Positions 12,321 through 27,089 are shown, counted from the stretch's first letter. The stretch is 64,000 bases of DNA from Callorhinchus milii (GCF_018977255.1 NW_024704742.1:49478001-49542000); one strand, 5' to 3'. Numbers and translations are program-made. Notes: generated by a model from the sequence alone, not told the origin.

Positions 12321-12849
12321 ACTATGCCCAGGCAACAGTTTTCCCCTCATTGGGCTTGTTGAATCAGGATCAAGGCCTCTTTCTAACACTGGTTTCTGTT
12401 TGCTTACAGTCCCACCATCAGATGCCACAGACTAACAACGAAAAAAAATCAATTTAAATGTGTTAATATTTGGTGCAAAACATTGTAATTTTTAGTGCTA
12501 AGTTCCATCAATGGATGAAGCATCTTGTTCCACAGAATATTTATTCAACGGAGTCTTTCCTTATCTCAGTAACTTGAATTTTGTTCGTAAACTTATCTAA
12601 GACTGTTAAAATAATTATTTGACACAGCATTAATTGCTATTGCTACACACTGGAACAAAAATCTCATCTATATTCTTGCTTAGAGCTTTGCTAAATTTGT
12701 ATACATACTCTTTAATTCCACTATGATATTTCAAGTTAATAGTCTGCTTAAATCTATTATGATTCTCATTAAATAATAGCTTTAATCAAATCCAATGAAA
12801 CAAATGAGTTTCATTTTATGAGTTTTTTTTATAATTCAGAACTTTACAT

Positions 12850-13040
12850 TCCCAGGATCCAGACACATTTTTCTGATCTTTCTCCAATGCATCAATTTGT
12901 CTTTGAAAGCAGGGTGAACAAAATTGCACACAATGGGATGCAATTTGCAACAAGTTTACGTAAAAGATTTGATCTGATCTTGATGTTTTCCTCAGTACAA
13001 TGTCTGAGAACATATCTACTCCCATGCTGCTCCCGATCAC
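12850..13040 (-). mobile_element. CR1 LINE fragment
   Basis: Translation HCVQFCSPCFQRQIDALEKDQK resembles the CR1 motif YCVQFWSP...D...LE.VQ. Confidence 0.65.
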
Positions 13041-13259
13041 TGAAATTAGGATTTGAGTGCAGCAAAGAAACAGAATAAAGTAGAAAATATCAATTATTTA
13101 TCACATTGATCTCTTATGAAACTTTGCAAAATTTAACCCTAATGTTCCCAACATAAACTGGAAATGCCGAATTTCGAAAGACTTTGAGCTTGCAAATATT
13201 AGCATGACTGCTTCCTGACTCAGTGTATTAGAGCAGTTCTGTTCTTGTCGTACTTCTAG

Positions 13260-14345
13260 TTGGTGAGTCAGACATTAGGAAGTGAAAGTAGTTGATCCTC
13301 TAGGGAATAGTGACCACAGATCAATAACCTTCAGCTTGACTTGGTAAACAGCACAACCAGTATGTAACAGCGGACGAACTATAACTCAGAGTTGTGCAAC
13401 ACAGAACAGACATCATGAGGGAGTCAATCACGACCGGGGAGGTTGCACAGCACCAGAAACAAGCAGATGTTGTTCTCATATTCAAGCTAAACAAAGATAG
13501 ACAAAGCTAAACTTGGCAACTGTAGCCCCATTAGCCTGACCACAATAATATAAAAAATTGTCAAGTCAGTAATCAGAAAGGAAATAAAAAATTACATGTA
13601 GAAAAATAATCTAGATTGATACCCAACTCGGGTTCAGAAGGAGTAGGTCTCGTATGAAGAATCTTATTGACCCCTCCTGTTCCTCATATGTACTGATGAC
13701 CTGTATTTTCAGATCTAGGATACAGTAGATTACACCAAATTGGGAGGAACTGTTGAATCAAATGAGGTCTCAAAGATCCTACACAGAGTGCTGGATTTGA
13801 TATGTACATGGGCTGATAACTGGCAAAACAAGTTTAATACTGATAAATGCAGGGTACTATATATAGCATCCAGGAATAAGAAATGTGAGTACTCCATGAA
13901 TGGGATTGAACTTGCCAAGGGGGAAACTGAAAGAGATCTAGGGGTGTTAGTTGACTCATAGGGCCACAATGTGAAACCAATGTGAAAAAAAATCGATAAC
14001 AGCTTTTAAGAGAGAAGTAGATAATTATTTGGGGAGGACAAGTTTGCAGGGCTATGGGGAGAGAGCGGGGGAGTGGCATTGATTTGGATAGCTCTTTTCA
14101 AAGAGCCGGCACAGACACGATGGGCCGAATGGCCTCCTTCCGTGCTGTATAATTCTATGATTCTATGATTCTAATATGAGGCTGCAATAAAAAAGACAAA
14201 CAAGATGCTGGGCTATATTTATAAATCAGTTGAGTTTAGATCCGCAGACATTATTCTTAGGCTGTACAGTGCTTCAGTCAAACTGAATCTTGAATACCGC
14301 ATAGAGTGATGGTCACCAGGGCATAAGAGGGCTGTTGAGGCAACA
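13260..14345 (+). mobile_element. Degraded CR1 LINE (RT region)
   Basis: TWADNWQNKFNTDKCRVLYI...ERDLGVLVD CR1 RT C-terminal motifs; interrupted by a younger CR1 tail. Confidence 0.8.
14000..14173 (+). mobile_element. Young CR1-type 3' end nested in an older CR1
   Basis: gatgggccgaatggcctccttccgtgctgtata followed by an (ATTCTATG)n tail; CpGs intact. Confidence 0.85.
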
Positions 14346-14810
14346 TAAGAGTCCTTTAACACTGGAAATCATCCTCGTTGTTCTCCTCTGTACCACTAGA
14401 GTGGATAATTAGTCAAATTAGTTTTATGTGAGTTGTGGGTAATCTTCTAGGGATCATAATACTGGGTGGAATTTGTGAATTTGTACCTTGAATTTATCAG
14501 TATTAATGTTTGGAAATGTTTGGAGAGTCGTCATGGATTTGTAAAAGGCAAGTCATGCTTGATTAATTTTATTGAATTTTTTGAAGCGTTTCTAGAGTGT
14601 ATAGATAACACAATGAGGTGTTGAATGAAACATATTTCTTCTGTGTGTAAAGTACTTTGTAGCGTCAACCAGAGCCTCTAGCTGAGAACCCTACGTACGT
14701 CACACTGGCTCATGAGATGATGGGTTTGATCTAGCATTGTCTTTGAGCAGTCAATGAAATGTACAGGAGCTCGCTGTTTGAGGTTTATGTTGTGAGGCAC
14801 TTTACACACA

Positions 14811-15195
14811 TAATAATAATAATAATAATCCTTGCATTTCATATAGTGCCTTATCACATATTCGAGATGTCACAAAACACTTCACAGAATATACTGTAAA
14901 GTGAATTGACTGCATATTTTTGTGGGCGATACGCGACAGCCAATTGAGCACAGTAGTGTCCCACAAACAGTGGAGGATTGAGTGACCAATTTATTATTTT
15001 TTTATTTTGAAGGGATTATTACCCCTGGAACAGCAATTCGCCAATCGACTAACAACCGGGTTCCTACTTACTGCTAGGTGAACAGAGTCATGTGGAGTGA
15101 AGAAACTTGCCCAACATTTCGCCCTGCCTGGGAATCGAATCTGAGTCCTCTCGCTTGCAAGGCGAGTGCTCTAACCACTCAGCTACAGGAATCCA
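14811..15195 (-). mobile_element. Full-length tRNA-derived SINE (long subtype)
   Basis: Head, central ctagcagtaagtaggaacc segment and (TTA)n tail. Confidence 0.92.
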
Positions 15196-15656
15196 CATAT
15201 AAAATAAATTATTTTACATCAGTTTACATCTTGAGGCACTTTTTCAGCTCTATCAGCACTGCTACCACTTCCCCGAATAACTCTTTTTCAACCTTTCGTT
15301 GTCTTCATTGTTTACAGCTTTTCCTGAGGCAGGTGATAAAACACCTATAGGTTTTTATGAACAATGGCAATAATATTGATTCTTATTTCTCTGAGGATAT
15401 ATAAAGAGCGACACCTGCATTTGTATAATTCAGGTGTTAACATTCTATAGAGCTTCTGGTGATGGATGAAACATTGCTACTAACTGACAAATGATCTGAC
15501 TATCACTGAAAATAGGTTGAATTGGTGTGGAATCTATGAATGACAGTGCATATAAATACAACAATGGTGGGTTGCATAGCATTATTTTATCTTAAGAGCA
15601 GATTTTGTTTTCTTTCATTTTCTTTCTTCTCTCTAAACTCCATAATATTATTTGCA

Positions 15657-16160
15657 ATAATAATCCTTGTATTTTATATTGCGCCTTTCTTGTCAAGAGA
15701 ATGTCTCAAAGCACTTTACAGGATTTACTGTGAATTGCAGTGATTCTGTATTTGTTGGCAAATACAGCAGTCTAATTTTCACAGCAGCCTCACAAACAGC
15801 TATGAAACAAATGATCAATTTTATTTGGGGGTTTGTGGGCCAGGATACCGGGAGAAACTCACTTCTCTTTTCCAATGCAATACAAAATTATATTTGTATA
15901 CCGCCTTTCACTTCGGGAGGACAGCCCAAAGTGCTGGGAATAGTACTACGGGATCTTTAACGTCCAATTGAACAGGCAGATGGGATCTCGGTTTAATGTC
16001 TTAACCAAAGGACGGCATCTCTGACAATGAAACACACCCCCAGCAGTGCATTGGAGTGTCAGCTTAGACTACATGATTCCAAGTCCCAACGTGGGGCTTG
16101 CACCCACAACTTTCTGCCTCAGAAGCCAGAATGCTACCACTGAACCAGGCAGACACACAA
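15657..16160 (-). mobile_element. Deu-domain SINE containing a ~65-bp L2 tail insertion (~15875-15938)
   Basis: Deu body interrupted by ccgcctttcacttcgggaggacagcccaaagtgct. Confidence 0.8.
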
Positions 16161-17124
16161 AGGTGTTAGGACAGACCCAAATCTCCAAGGTTATAAATCA
16201 TTCCAATCAATCATTAGATGCAGCAGAATATTGCTACATAACACTTGTTCATGTGTATTGATTGCAATTCTCATGTGATTCATTGCAATTGCAGTCTTAA
16301 CACTCCGGATTTGATTGAGGCAGTCAGTTATCTCTTCTATAGGACTGCATTTAGGGAAGCAAAGAAAGATGTGTACAATGGAGCATATTATCCGTGCTTT
16401 AAATAGTTTCTTCATGAAGGACATAAAAATATGTGCTCTGGAATCTGAGGAATTAGGGAGAGGGTTGCAGTGAATGACAATTGTATATCCCTTTGTGGTT
16501 ACATGCACGCTGAATTTGATTGGCCACAGGAATGAGAAATATTGGTTCAGGATAATGCAAATAGAATGACAGGATGGTTAATGTCAGCTGCTTATTGCTT
16601 CAGTGTATTCTCAAAAAAGTATTCACTATTCACTATTATTGCAGAGACCTTTACATCCTGGTTAAGGTTAAAATGTGAAGAGAACAACAAGTAATGTTGG
16701 GATGAATGGGAGCTATGAATTGCAGGATTTATCCAAAAATGTTTTTGTAGATTTCCATTACAACTGGGCTAAATTCTGTATTCAATGACAAAAAGCCAGT
16801 TATAACAATTCCTTACATTTGATAGAAACCTTTCATATTGGGAGTTTTAAGGGATGGACACCCACTATTTACTTAGAACACCTTACATTTATACTAGCTA
16901 CAATAAAGGAAAGTATTCATTTCAAATTGCATCCTCTAACATTCTCGAATAGGTACCTAAAACAGCGTAAAACACATTATATGTTCATACCATCGTTCTC
17001 TTTTAATGGATGTAAAGGGAGGTCATTTTTGAGGCACAATATATAGATTCATAAATATATTTAAACATCTAAACATTTACTTTGGTTTAGTATGCATTGT
17101 AAATATTAATATGTGACATGTTTC

Positions 17125-18000
17125 AATAACAACTTGCATTTACATTATGCTCTTCAGGAAGTCTAAAATCTCAGAGCTCTGTATAGTGGTGGGGTTGAAT
17201 GCCAAGCAAAGGAGCAAAGGAAAGGAAGGTGACCATAGGTGCAGTTGAAGAGGTATCTTATTAGGTAGGATTAAAGATAGACAAAGAGGGGGAGAGGAAG
17301 AGGAATTGAAGCAGGGAGTTCCAGAGATTAGGAACGTAGTTGACTGATGGCAGAGCTACCTTTGTTGGTGAGGAGAGGGTCAAAGGATTTGCAGCACTCC
17401 GGGACTGCACCCTGCGTGAAGTGCGCTATATAAATTCAAGTTGTTGTTGTGTTAGCTGAATGATGGGGGCAGCTAGAGGAGTACAGTACAAGCAGATGAG
17501 AGAAGTTCCAGGACATAAAGAGATTTGTATGGAAGAGTGAGGATCTAGAAGTCAATCCATTTGCAGACATGGAGCATTGGATCCTGGTGAGGATTGGGGT
17601 GATGGATATGTAGAGCTTGGTACTGGTGATTGCATGGGAAATGGCGGTTCGGATGAGATGGACCTTGTGGATGGTGCAGTAGATGGTGAGACCAGTGAGG
17701 AGTGAGATTGAGAAGTCAAGGCAGGAAATAACAAAGCATGAATGAGGGTTTTGGTAACCTTAATTGTGAGATAGAGTTGGAGTTGGTCAATGTGGAGGGG
17801 GTGGCGGAAGGCAATGCTGGTCAGGGACCTAATGTAGGTCAGGAAGGACAGCCAGTGATTGATTCTGACACCAAGGTTGCGCACTGGTTCAATGTTTTTG
17901 ATAGATAGACTGGGAGGTTGAGAAGGTCAGAGCCTGAGGTGAGGAAATGTTGGCAGGAGCCAAGGAGAATGGCCTCTATCTTGCCCATGTTAAGTTAAAA
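17125..18000 (-). mobile_element. Old L2 LINE 3' portion, with a short plus-strand L2 tail at ~17392-17449
   Basis: ORF remnant MRNLGVRI..WLSF..YI.S....F.H...I..L...LT....KTLIHA; tail aacaacttgcattt. Confidence 0.8.
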
Positions 18001-18711
18001 AATCAAGGAGAGAGCAGGTGTAATTTGCTGTGAGATTTAATGTATTCCTATGTTGAATACATTGGGGCAGGTGATAAAACCTATATATAAGGCTGCTCAG
18101 AGACAGCTATGCGAGCAGACCACTGTGGTATGGAATAATAGGATGGATGTGCATGCATTGGCAAGCTCCCAGTATTATCTGTTCTCTTAAGGGAACTGCA
18201 TTGAGACAAGACTCCTCCAGAGAGAGGCAGGACATATCAATCTTCTCTGCCAGCTCATGTGTAACACACAGTGATGCATTTACTAATACCACTGATTCAG
18301 GCCTGAGAACAGAGATGATTGTTCTTCTCTTGTCAGTTACTTTACTAACCTTTAACAGCATGCCCTTATAATAACAATGTTTGCTGGAACCAGTCAGTAG
18401 GGGTTATCAAAGTTCAAAAATTGTTTCTAATTTGCGCTCAGGGTATTAATGGCAATTTATAGACTTGCCTGTATTTTAGCTTGGCCTGCTCTAAAGGTTA
18501 AAAATTATGAAAATAAACATCTTGTGATGCCATTAATTTTAATAGACCTATATATCTATCATTCCAAAGGTAACACATTGTATTCGATCAATCTTAAAAT
18601 GTTAAACCATGGAAAATCGTCCAACTTTTATAGATAAGAAACAATATCGTAAGCCTTGAGGAGCAGGTATTTATGTTTCTCTATTGAATATTCCAAAAAA
18701 TATTCAGGGAT

Positions 18712-19090
18712 AACAACAAAAACAAAATTACATTTACACAGCATCTTTCACGTCGGGAGGATGTCCCAAAGTGCTGAACAGTCAGGTGTCGGAGCCCGAG
18801 CATGGGGCGTGTGGTAGTGTTGGGGTGAGGGAAGGGGGAGAGGTGGGAGGGAGACCAAAGGCACGGCCGAAGAGAAAGGTCTTGAGACCGGCCTTGAAGG
18901 AGACAAGGGAGCAAGTGAGGCAAAGGGACCGTGGGATGGAGTTCCAGAGTGTGGGGGCAGAGAGGCTGAAAGCCCGGCCACCGATAGGGCAGGAGATATG
19001 GAGCAGGCCAGAGCCTGATGAACGGAGGGAGTGTGCAGGTTGATAGGGAGTTAGCAGGTCAGAGAGGTAGGAGGGGGCAAGGCCAGGGAC
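18712..19090 (-). mobile_element. L2 LINE 3' end
   Basis: Highly similar to 38487-38860 and carries the same stem-loop tail. Confidence 0.88.
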
Positions 19091-20362
19091 ATTCTGAGAT
19101 CAGAAAACAGTATGGATTACAGTGATCCAGAAGGTCTCTTCATGACAGAATGAGTTGGGATGTTTAAAAGGGAGATAGTATATGTTTGCTCCTCCAGATA
19201 GGCAGAACTCCCACCTGATATCAATCAGGTATTCCTATGTTGAATAGGAATTAAAGCCACTCGAATGTCCATGAGTAATAATAATCCTTGAATTTAATAT
19301 AGTGCCTTATCACACTGTCAAGATGTCTCAAAGTGCTACACAGGATATGCCATAAAGTGTGTATTTTGTGGGCGAAGGATTCAAAGTAACTTTTTCATTA
19401 CATTACATTTGATTATTAATATTCATTACATTTTGTGCACATCTGGCACATCACACCACACGTAGAACAGAATGCACTATATTAGTTCTTATCCAGTTTT
19501 GTAGCATGAAACTACGTTTGGTTTCCATATAATTTACAGCCATATGACTCCTTTTTCTTAAACTAGGAAAAACTAGGGCAGTTTCATCCTCCTGTTCCTT
19601 TCCCAAGGAGCAGAAATCCTGGTCAAACATTTCTCAGTTAGATTAGGAAGAGTTCATTATTTTATGATAATTGCAGTCCATTCTGTCTTCCTCCTCTGCC
19701 GTGTTCATTTATGGGAGTTACAACATTCTCTATTTGTCAGTAACTTTATCGTGGTGATGTGTGTTTTTGTTATGGAATCAATTTAACTCACTTTACCAAT
19801 TCAGGTATTATTGCCACTACTGTTTTATCTCTTCTAAAACTACTAGTGAGTTATAACATTTTAATTTTGTCATCTAAAATACTTGGTGATTTTCATCTTG
19901 ACGTTAGGAAGTGAGGTAGATTTTCTCTGCTCTTCATCAATTATTCCAAAACAATCTCACTGGTGAACTCAATCACATTAATTAAGCTTCTCCCACATCT
20001 CAATGACCATGATTGCAAGAATATTTCCTTTAAAGACTTGTCCATCAGAGGCAAATGTGTCTTAACATTATGGGGGTAGGGGTGGGTGGTGGGGGAGAAG
20101 ATTGGGTAGTTGCCATGTAATGACTTTTGCTGTTATTGAGTGAAGACAGATTGGGCTCATGTGACACTTTCCATTCTTGTCATTTGACCCAGAGCACTTT
20201 AATAAGGCTGTCCTATTCTTTGAAGTACATGTTGCATATCTCCCAATTGACAGATTCACAAACAATAAAGCTCCAATCAGGATTATTTTATTGCAATTGT
20301 CAATATACATACTGGAAATTATATTTAATAAAACACGGATACATGGGAGAGAAAAGTATATG

Positions 20363-20748
20363 TGGAGTCCTGCAGTGTAGTGGTTAGCGCGCTCGTCTCA
20401 CAAGCGAGAGGACCTGGATTCGGTTCCCGGGCAGGGCAAGACCTTAGGCAAGTTTTTATACTCCACACGCCTCGGTTTCCTAGCAGTAAGTAGGAATCCG
20501 ATTGTTAGTCGATTGGTGGATCGCTTTCCGGGAGTAATAATCTCTTCAAAAATACAATACATTTNAAAAAAATGTTTTCACTCAATGGTCACTCAATCCA
20601 TGACTGTTTGTGGGACACTGCTGCGTGCAATTGGCTGCCGGATTTCGCCCACAAAAATATACAGTCAATTCACTTTACAGTGTATTCTGTATAGCTCTTT
20701 GAGAAGTCTCGAAGTCGTGATAAGGCGTAATATCAAATTCAAGGATTA
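20363..20748 (+). mobile_element. Full-length tRNA-derived SINE (long subtype)
   Basis: Head, ctagcagtaagtaggaatcc centre and tail. Confidence 0.9.
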
Positions 20749-20762
20749 CTAGTTATATATTA

Positions 20763-20930
20763 TCTATATTAATAAAGACGGAATGTCTGTCTGTGTGTCC
20801 ACTAAAAATGCAATAACCGGTTGACGTAGAGACATGATTTATGCCTCATCGGAAAGATCTTGTAAGGGGGAGTATCATGGGCATATTTGGGGGGAGATCT
20901 CCTATCGTTGATGAGCTATATTAAATTAAG
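20763..20930 (+). mobile_element. Helitron-like 5' end
   Basis: A|TCTATATTAATAAAGACGGAATGTCTGTCTGTGTGTC; homologous to 4904-5060 and 5410-5445. No 3' terminus seen. Confidence 0.55.
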
Positions 20931-21679
20931 TCCCCAAATATGAGGTATGCATGGTATTCTGCAACAAAGTAGTGACAGGAAATCACACACCCTTCTACTG
21001 AGATACATCGGGAGAGGGATAGAGATAGGAAAGGAGGGAAGAGAGTGGTGAAACAAATTTCAAAGCTGCATCTTTTTAATTAAATCTCTCCCCACCGCAC
21101 ACCTGTTTTTTTGTAGGCACTGTTGGGCATACAATTGGCTGCTGTGTTCACCTACAAGGTACACAGTCATTACACTTTACAGAAAATCCTGTGAAGCACT
21201 TTGAGATATTCTCCTGTGGTGAAAAGGTGCAATATCAAATGTTAGGATTATTGTTATATTACCTGAACCATTTGTAGCACAGTGTGTTGTTGCACACCCT
21301 TATCTATTATATTATTTGTTCATTTTTAATCTAAGCAGAATCGGATAGCAGACAGAAAGTTAGAAGAATTTAATGCTGTGCCGGGGTATATGTCAAATCG
21401 TGCAAATATCTGTTTTCATACCTCTGCTGGAAAGTTTGACGTAATCTCCATCTGGATCAGTAGGAAAGTTTTGTACTTGCTTTGAGACATGCTGCTCATC
21501 AGAAAACTGGGATGATCGCTCAGAATTAGAGAGAGATGGTCTCATCAGTGGAAACAAAGTTCTGGGTTTGTAAAAGGTATTCTGGAAGGATCAGATCAGA
21601 TGGGCCGAAAGAGCTCTTCATGAAAACCAATCTTTTGATCGTGTGATCTTCTGAAAGTAAAATTTATATTTGATGCAAA

Positions 21680-21970
21680 TTGCATTTGATATTGTGCTTT
21701 ATCATGGTCGTCAAGACATCTCAAAACACTTCATAGAATTCTGCTGTGAAGTGTAGTGACTGTGTATTTTGTTGGCAAACACGACAGCCAATTTGCACAG
21801 GGCAATATCCCACAAACCATCATGAAGTATGTGACCAATTTTAGCTGAGCGATTATTGGCCAGGACTCAGGGAGAAACTCCCTTTTCTTTCCAAATAGTG
21901 CCATGGGACCTTTAATGCCCACCTGAACAGGTAGACAAGACCTTGGTTTAATGTCTCATCTAAGGGACGA
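21680..21970 (-). mobile_element. Deu-domain SINE fragment
   Basis: gggagaaactcccttttctttccaaatagtgccatgggacctttaa is the reverse complement of the Deu core. Confidence 0.75.
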
Positions 21971-22544
21971 AAAAGACATTTGGCTTAGTATCTTTGACAG
22001 TGAAGTGTGAATCCTTGATGGATGATCAAGAGGAAAGCACTCCACCTTGGCTTGTTGTATTAATACTATTTTATTTAAATCAGATAATCCAAATTACATT
22101 CAAGAATAATTATAATTAAGACAATATCAACAAAAGTTTACACATCAACATAAATAGATTGATAAAAGCTCTTTTAAAGAAGCTGATTAATTTGGCTTAG
22201 CGTCATCTTTGCTAAATGCCAGACATGTGTGGAAGTAGAAAATGCCATCATAAAATTAATTTTTCACTGGAGGGACTTTCATTTGTTTGATGCCTTGTGT
22301 CGGTGTTGCAGTCACGTTATGACTATGGTAGTTTGCTGCTGCTCTGATTTCTTTTCCCTCCTTCATCTTCGCCACCCAGTGTCTGAAAATATGTCTAATA
22401 CAGAGCAAACTCAACAATCCAGTCACCAATCAGAGCCATATTGTGAGGAGCGGAGTCAAGTTGGTCAAATCCTGACCTCGCCCCTCCATTCCCCCATCCC
22501 CAATCTTGAAACCCAAGATCACCCTGGGGTCTTGGAAATTATAT

Positions 22545-22875
22545 AGTCTAAGCTGACACTCCAGTGCACTGCTGGGGCCATGCCTCATTGTTGGAGGTGC
22601 TGTCCTTTGGATAAGACATTAAACCGAGGCCTTGTCTGCCAGTTCAGGTTGAAGTTAAAGATCCCATGACCCCATTGAAAAAGAGAAGAGAGTTTCTCCC
22701 AGTGCCCTGGCAAACAATCCCCCAAATATCATTTATCATTCACCTCCTAGCTGTTTGTGGGATATTGCCGTGTACAAATTGGCTGATGAATTCACTGTAC
22801 CATGCAGTACATCCTGTGAAACTCATTAGGATGCCTTCCATGTGAAAAGCACTATACCAAATATAAGGATTATTG
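22545..22875 (+). mobile_element. Deu-domain SINE fragment
   Basis: gctgacactccagtgc...gttaaagatcccatg...tgtgaaaagcactataccaaatataaggattatt. Confidence 0.78.
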
Positions 22876-24689
22876 TAGAAATTTACAGTCCAAAAGGGGC
22901 CCATAGCAAAAACGTTTCTTGCTAATACAGCAGAAAAACAGTATTTGTCTAATCTCTTGCCTATACTGGCTCTCTGAAAGAGCTTAATCATTAGTCCCCT
23001 TCTCCTAGTTTTATAACTAGAATCGAGATTATAAGCTGATGTTATTTTTGAATAATGAATTGAATAACTATTACGCTTTACTTGCCCAGGTAGCCCTATT
23101 ATTATGGATTAACAAGAACCAGCAGCATGAACACATCATTAAAGTTGTTTTACAGCAACTTTAATATTAATATTACCAAATTACATCAGGGAAAAGGAGA
23201 ACAGTCTCACTGTAAATTATTTTCCTCCAAATTCGGTAACTGAGAATTTTATGAAAAGGTAATATATGAATCCATTTGCAGAAATGCCTCTTGCTTTCAT
23301 TTATATTTGATTAGACAAACTCTGTTTTTCTGCCGTATCAGCAACAAAAGGTTTTTGCTATTTGTTTGAGTTTACTATTGAAATTACTTAATTGGGATGA
23401 AAAATGTGCTGAGATCAAACAGAATCAAATTGTGGTCAAACAAGTCAATACTTATTCATTGACCCTGTGTACAAAATCCTCCCTCCCAACTCCAGCACAA
23501 TGGTTGGGCCCAAAGATTTCAATGGTTGCCATTATTGTACTTTTTTGGGGTCAGCCGGGTGTCTGACACATTTAGAAACCCATCATTATGCTTAGAAAGA
23601 TCCAAACCAGACTTTCATGCATGCTAGCTGTGTCTGGAATGGAATGTGCACTCACTCCCTGAAAGGATGTATTCGGTTATCGAATTCCAAAGAGTATTAG
23701 GTGCATGTTGGCCAGAGCCAATGAATGGGGAAACCAGAGTGTGTGTTGATGTACTGTTTCAGTTTAACCAGCTAAAACTGCATCCTACCCATTAGGGTTG
23801 TGGCTTGCAGAGTTAACATGAGCCAAGAGGGAAAAAATCCCTGATCATTGTAGTTACATAAACCACAAGCATTGCCATTGTTGGTGTTATATGGCATACA
23901 AGGATATGAGCTCATAGCATAGGCTAACCTGGAACAGGAAAAAGGGTTGAGGCCAACATACTGAACCTCTTTTTTTTAATAAAAACAGCTTGATGCTGTG
24001 TTGGGACAATATTAGTGTGAATATTCTTGAAAGATGAGATCGAATGGCCCAAAGGACCTTCTTCATCCAAACCAATCTAGTTATCTGGGCATTGCCTGTA
24101 AAGTGCTTTGAAATGTTTTTGTATTAGACAATGCGTTGGCATGACCAAATCAGCCACAACCCTCCTGCAAGGTTCTGGATGAGCACAACCACAGAATACA
24201 CTAACCTTTCACAGGCTCTGTATCAAATATGGGGATTATTTATATATTCCTGTGGTTACTTTAAAACTAGAAGCTTAGGGCCACATTACTAATTTATTTC
24301 TTCATTGTACCATAAGAGGAAAGGAAGTAAATAGAATTACTGATGAAAGTAGCAGGATAATGAAATTAATCCAAATCCTGACACTGGAAAGCACGTAGCT
24401 CACTATGTCAGTGGATTTCTGTGTCCTTCTGTCATCCCTCAGTAGATTATACTCTGTATCTCATCACTCCACATTGGTAATTCCAACCATCTTTAATCAT
24501 ATACCTTTAATCACCAATTAAATGTTGTTTGTCAAATCTGATCACGTCACATCAATAAAACTTTTTAGTTCAGTCTATATTTCAACTGCACTGGAATCAA
24601 AATAAATCATTATCTATAAATAAAAGTAACAATGTAAATCATTTATCATCCCCGTGAAGGGTGCTATATAACTGCAAGTTGTTGTTGAA

Positions 24690-25220
24690 GTTCACCGATG
24701 TTCTGTCATCTTACTTGTCAGAAATCAAGACCTGGATGGGCGCCAACTTTCTGCAGCTGCATGTTGACAAGATGGAAGCTATGCTCCTTGGCTCTTGTCA
24801 GCATCTTCTCATCTGCAGCTGTGACCTCCTTAACCTCCATACACAATGCAATACAGAATCAAATTTATATAGCGCCTTTCACGTCGGGAGGACATCCGAA
24901 GCTGCAGGTCAATCAGGGAATTGGCCTATCTCTCAGACTCACTGAAACTGTATACAACCTTGGCATCAGGTTCAATCCCCAGCTGCTTACCACACATCCG
25001 GTACTTGACCAGGAACGCTTTCCTTCACCAACACCATATCACTCACCTCCGACTATCTCTCACAACCAATCCAGCTGAAACCCTTATTCATGCATTCGTC
25101 ACTTTACGCTTTGATTTTTCCAATGCTCTCTTTGCCGATCTTCCCAGCTTCATCTATAAAATCCAACTGATTCAAAGCTCCATATTCTCACCCATACCAA
25201 ACTCCACATCCCTAGCACCT
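24690..25220 (+). mobile_element. L2 LINE ORF2 fragment with an antisense L2 tail inserted at ~24841-24920
   Basis: LSEIKTWMGANFLQLHVDKMEAML and ETLIHAFVTLRFDFSN remnants. Confidence 0.82.
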
Positions 25221-27089
25221 GTTAAGGCAGCGTTAATTGCTCCCAGATGCTACATAACTGCAATTTGATGTTGTTGAAGTTGTTGTGTCAGACAATCTCT
25301 GCTGCAAAAACCTTGAATGTTGATGTCAGTCAAGGATTGTATCGGGTGTGGGTGGGATGAACCTCCATTGTTGAATATCCTACTGACACTTACTGTCACA
25401 CATGAAGAATAGACACTTGGGTCAGGACTTTTAGCAGCCGGGGAAAACAAATTTTAAAAAATCCTAAAGGTTTCCAGAAAGAAAATAAATGACATATTTG
25501 TTATCTAGACACTTTCTTGCATTGTTTATAAAAGCTAGCAATGGCTAACATGGCAAATGAAAAAATAGCATCACTTATGTTTTCGATTACGATAAAGTGA
25601 TACATTATAAGGAGGAATAATAAAACCGTGTTAGCAAACTTTAGAAGTACACTTAACTCAACTATCGTGTATATTACCTGATATGTACAGACAATGATCA
25701 CAAGTGCTGTTTAAAACTAGATGACACTGATCATTTTCTTAAGATATATTGCATAACTCTTCTGTTATATACTGAAGAACTAATACAATAAATACAGATT
25801 CATGAGGTCGGACTAATTCTAAATGAATGCACAAATCTCTTAATACTAGATACAGCAACATCCTGTCTATATGATTGAGTTAGCTCTAATGCTGAATAAC
25901 AACGCACCAATACTAAAACATTCAATCTTTGCAGCTGAAAATAAAGAGGCCTTAATATAAAGATATATTGATATACTTTGAGATAAGAAATAGTCAAAGC
26001 TGATAGCTCTGAAAGAAGAAAGTTGTTAGTTTCAAATATTCAGAACCATTAGTTGTCAAGCAGGAGAACATTCAAGGTGACATTATATTTTGGTCAGCCA
26101 GGTGTCTGACACATGTGGAAACCCATCACTCTTAGGAATCAGAGTCTTATTTCCAGGCATCCAAAAGAAGTTATACTTTTATAAATTAATATCTAATCCA
26201 TCATAAAATGGTGTGAATCTTGATTAAAAATGATAAATAGAAAAACACACAAATACTGTAAATTTGAAGAAGAAACATAAAATTGTTAACTGGAACTGCT
26301 CTCCCTTGGGTGGTGATTTCTATTGGTATAAAGGGCCACATCCATTAGGTGCCTTCCAGTACCTTGCAATAAGTGATCATTTGTGAACCTAGACGATGGA
26401 TTTTGACATACAATGACTGCTAGAGATAGTCAAGCCTGATTCTCTTCTGATACAATGCCCTCAGATACATCCAGGGTCACTGAAGTCAATTTAATGTGCT
26501 CATCAGTGATCCAGCTAAAGTTGAGTAATTCAATTTTGGCTTGGGATCAAAATTGGACCTGTTTTTATTCAGTGTGACATTGAGGGAGCCCCACAGGACT
26601 GCTTCTCGATGCTGCACAGTTAAAGATAGACAAAGAAGGATGCTATTGACTGAATATTGATGGTATTCCAATCTGATAACTAAAGTAACAGTGAACACAT
26701 CCAACTCCCCTGTAGGAAACAAAAAGAGAGAAAGGTCATTGAAACATATTTGGATATACTTGGATCACCAAGACTAGATGGAATATTTGAAAGTACTTGT
26801 AAAGTTATGGTTGGTATAAATGGTGTCAGGTTAAAAACAATTCTGTAGCTGTTTGAACATATTTGTTGTGCCAGAAGACAAGGTAGTCATTAATTTTATA
26901 TCAGTTTTAATTTTTATCAAAAGTCCTGAAAATGATCTTGGAAATTATAAATATGATACTTGATTATGATAGGATCAAAATATTGGACTGAATTCTAAGG
27001 AACAACATTCAAAAACATTTGATTAGATGAAAGAAATATTCCAGCCAACGTACATTAATTAAATAAAGATTGACTCTAACAAATACATT

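Noticed and set aside
18080..18371. TATA-like ctatatataagg followed by hydrophobic MIVLLLSVTLLTF
   Set aside because: The peptide stops after 18 codons, there is no good splice donor, and upstream ATGs are present.
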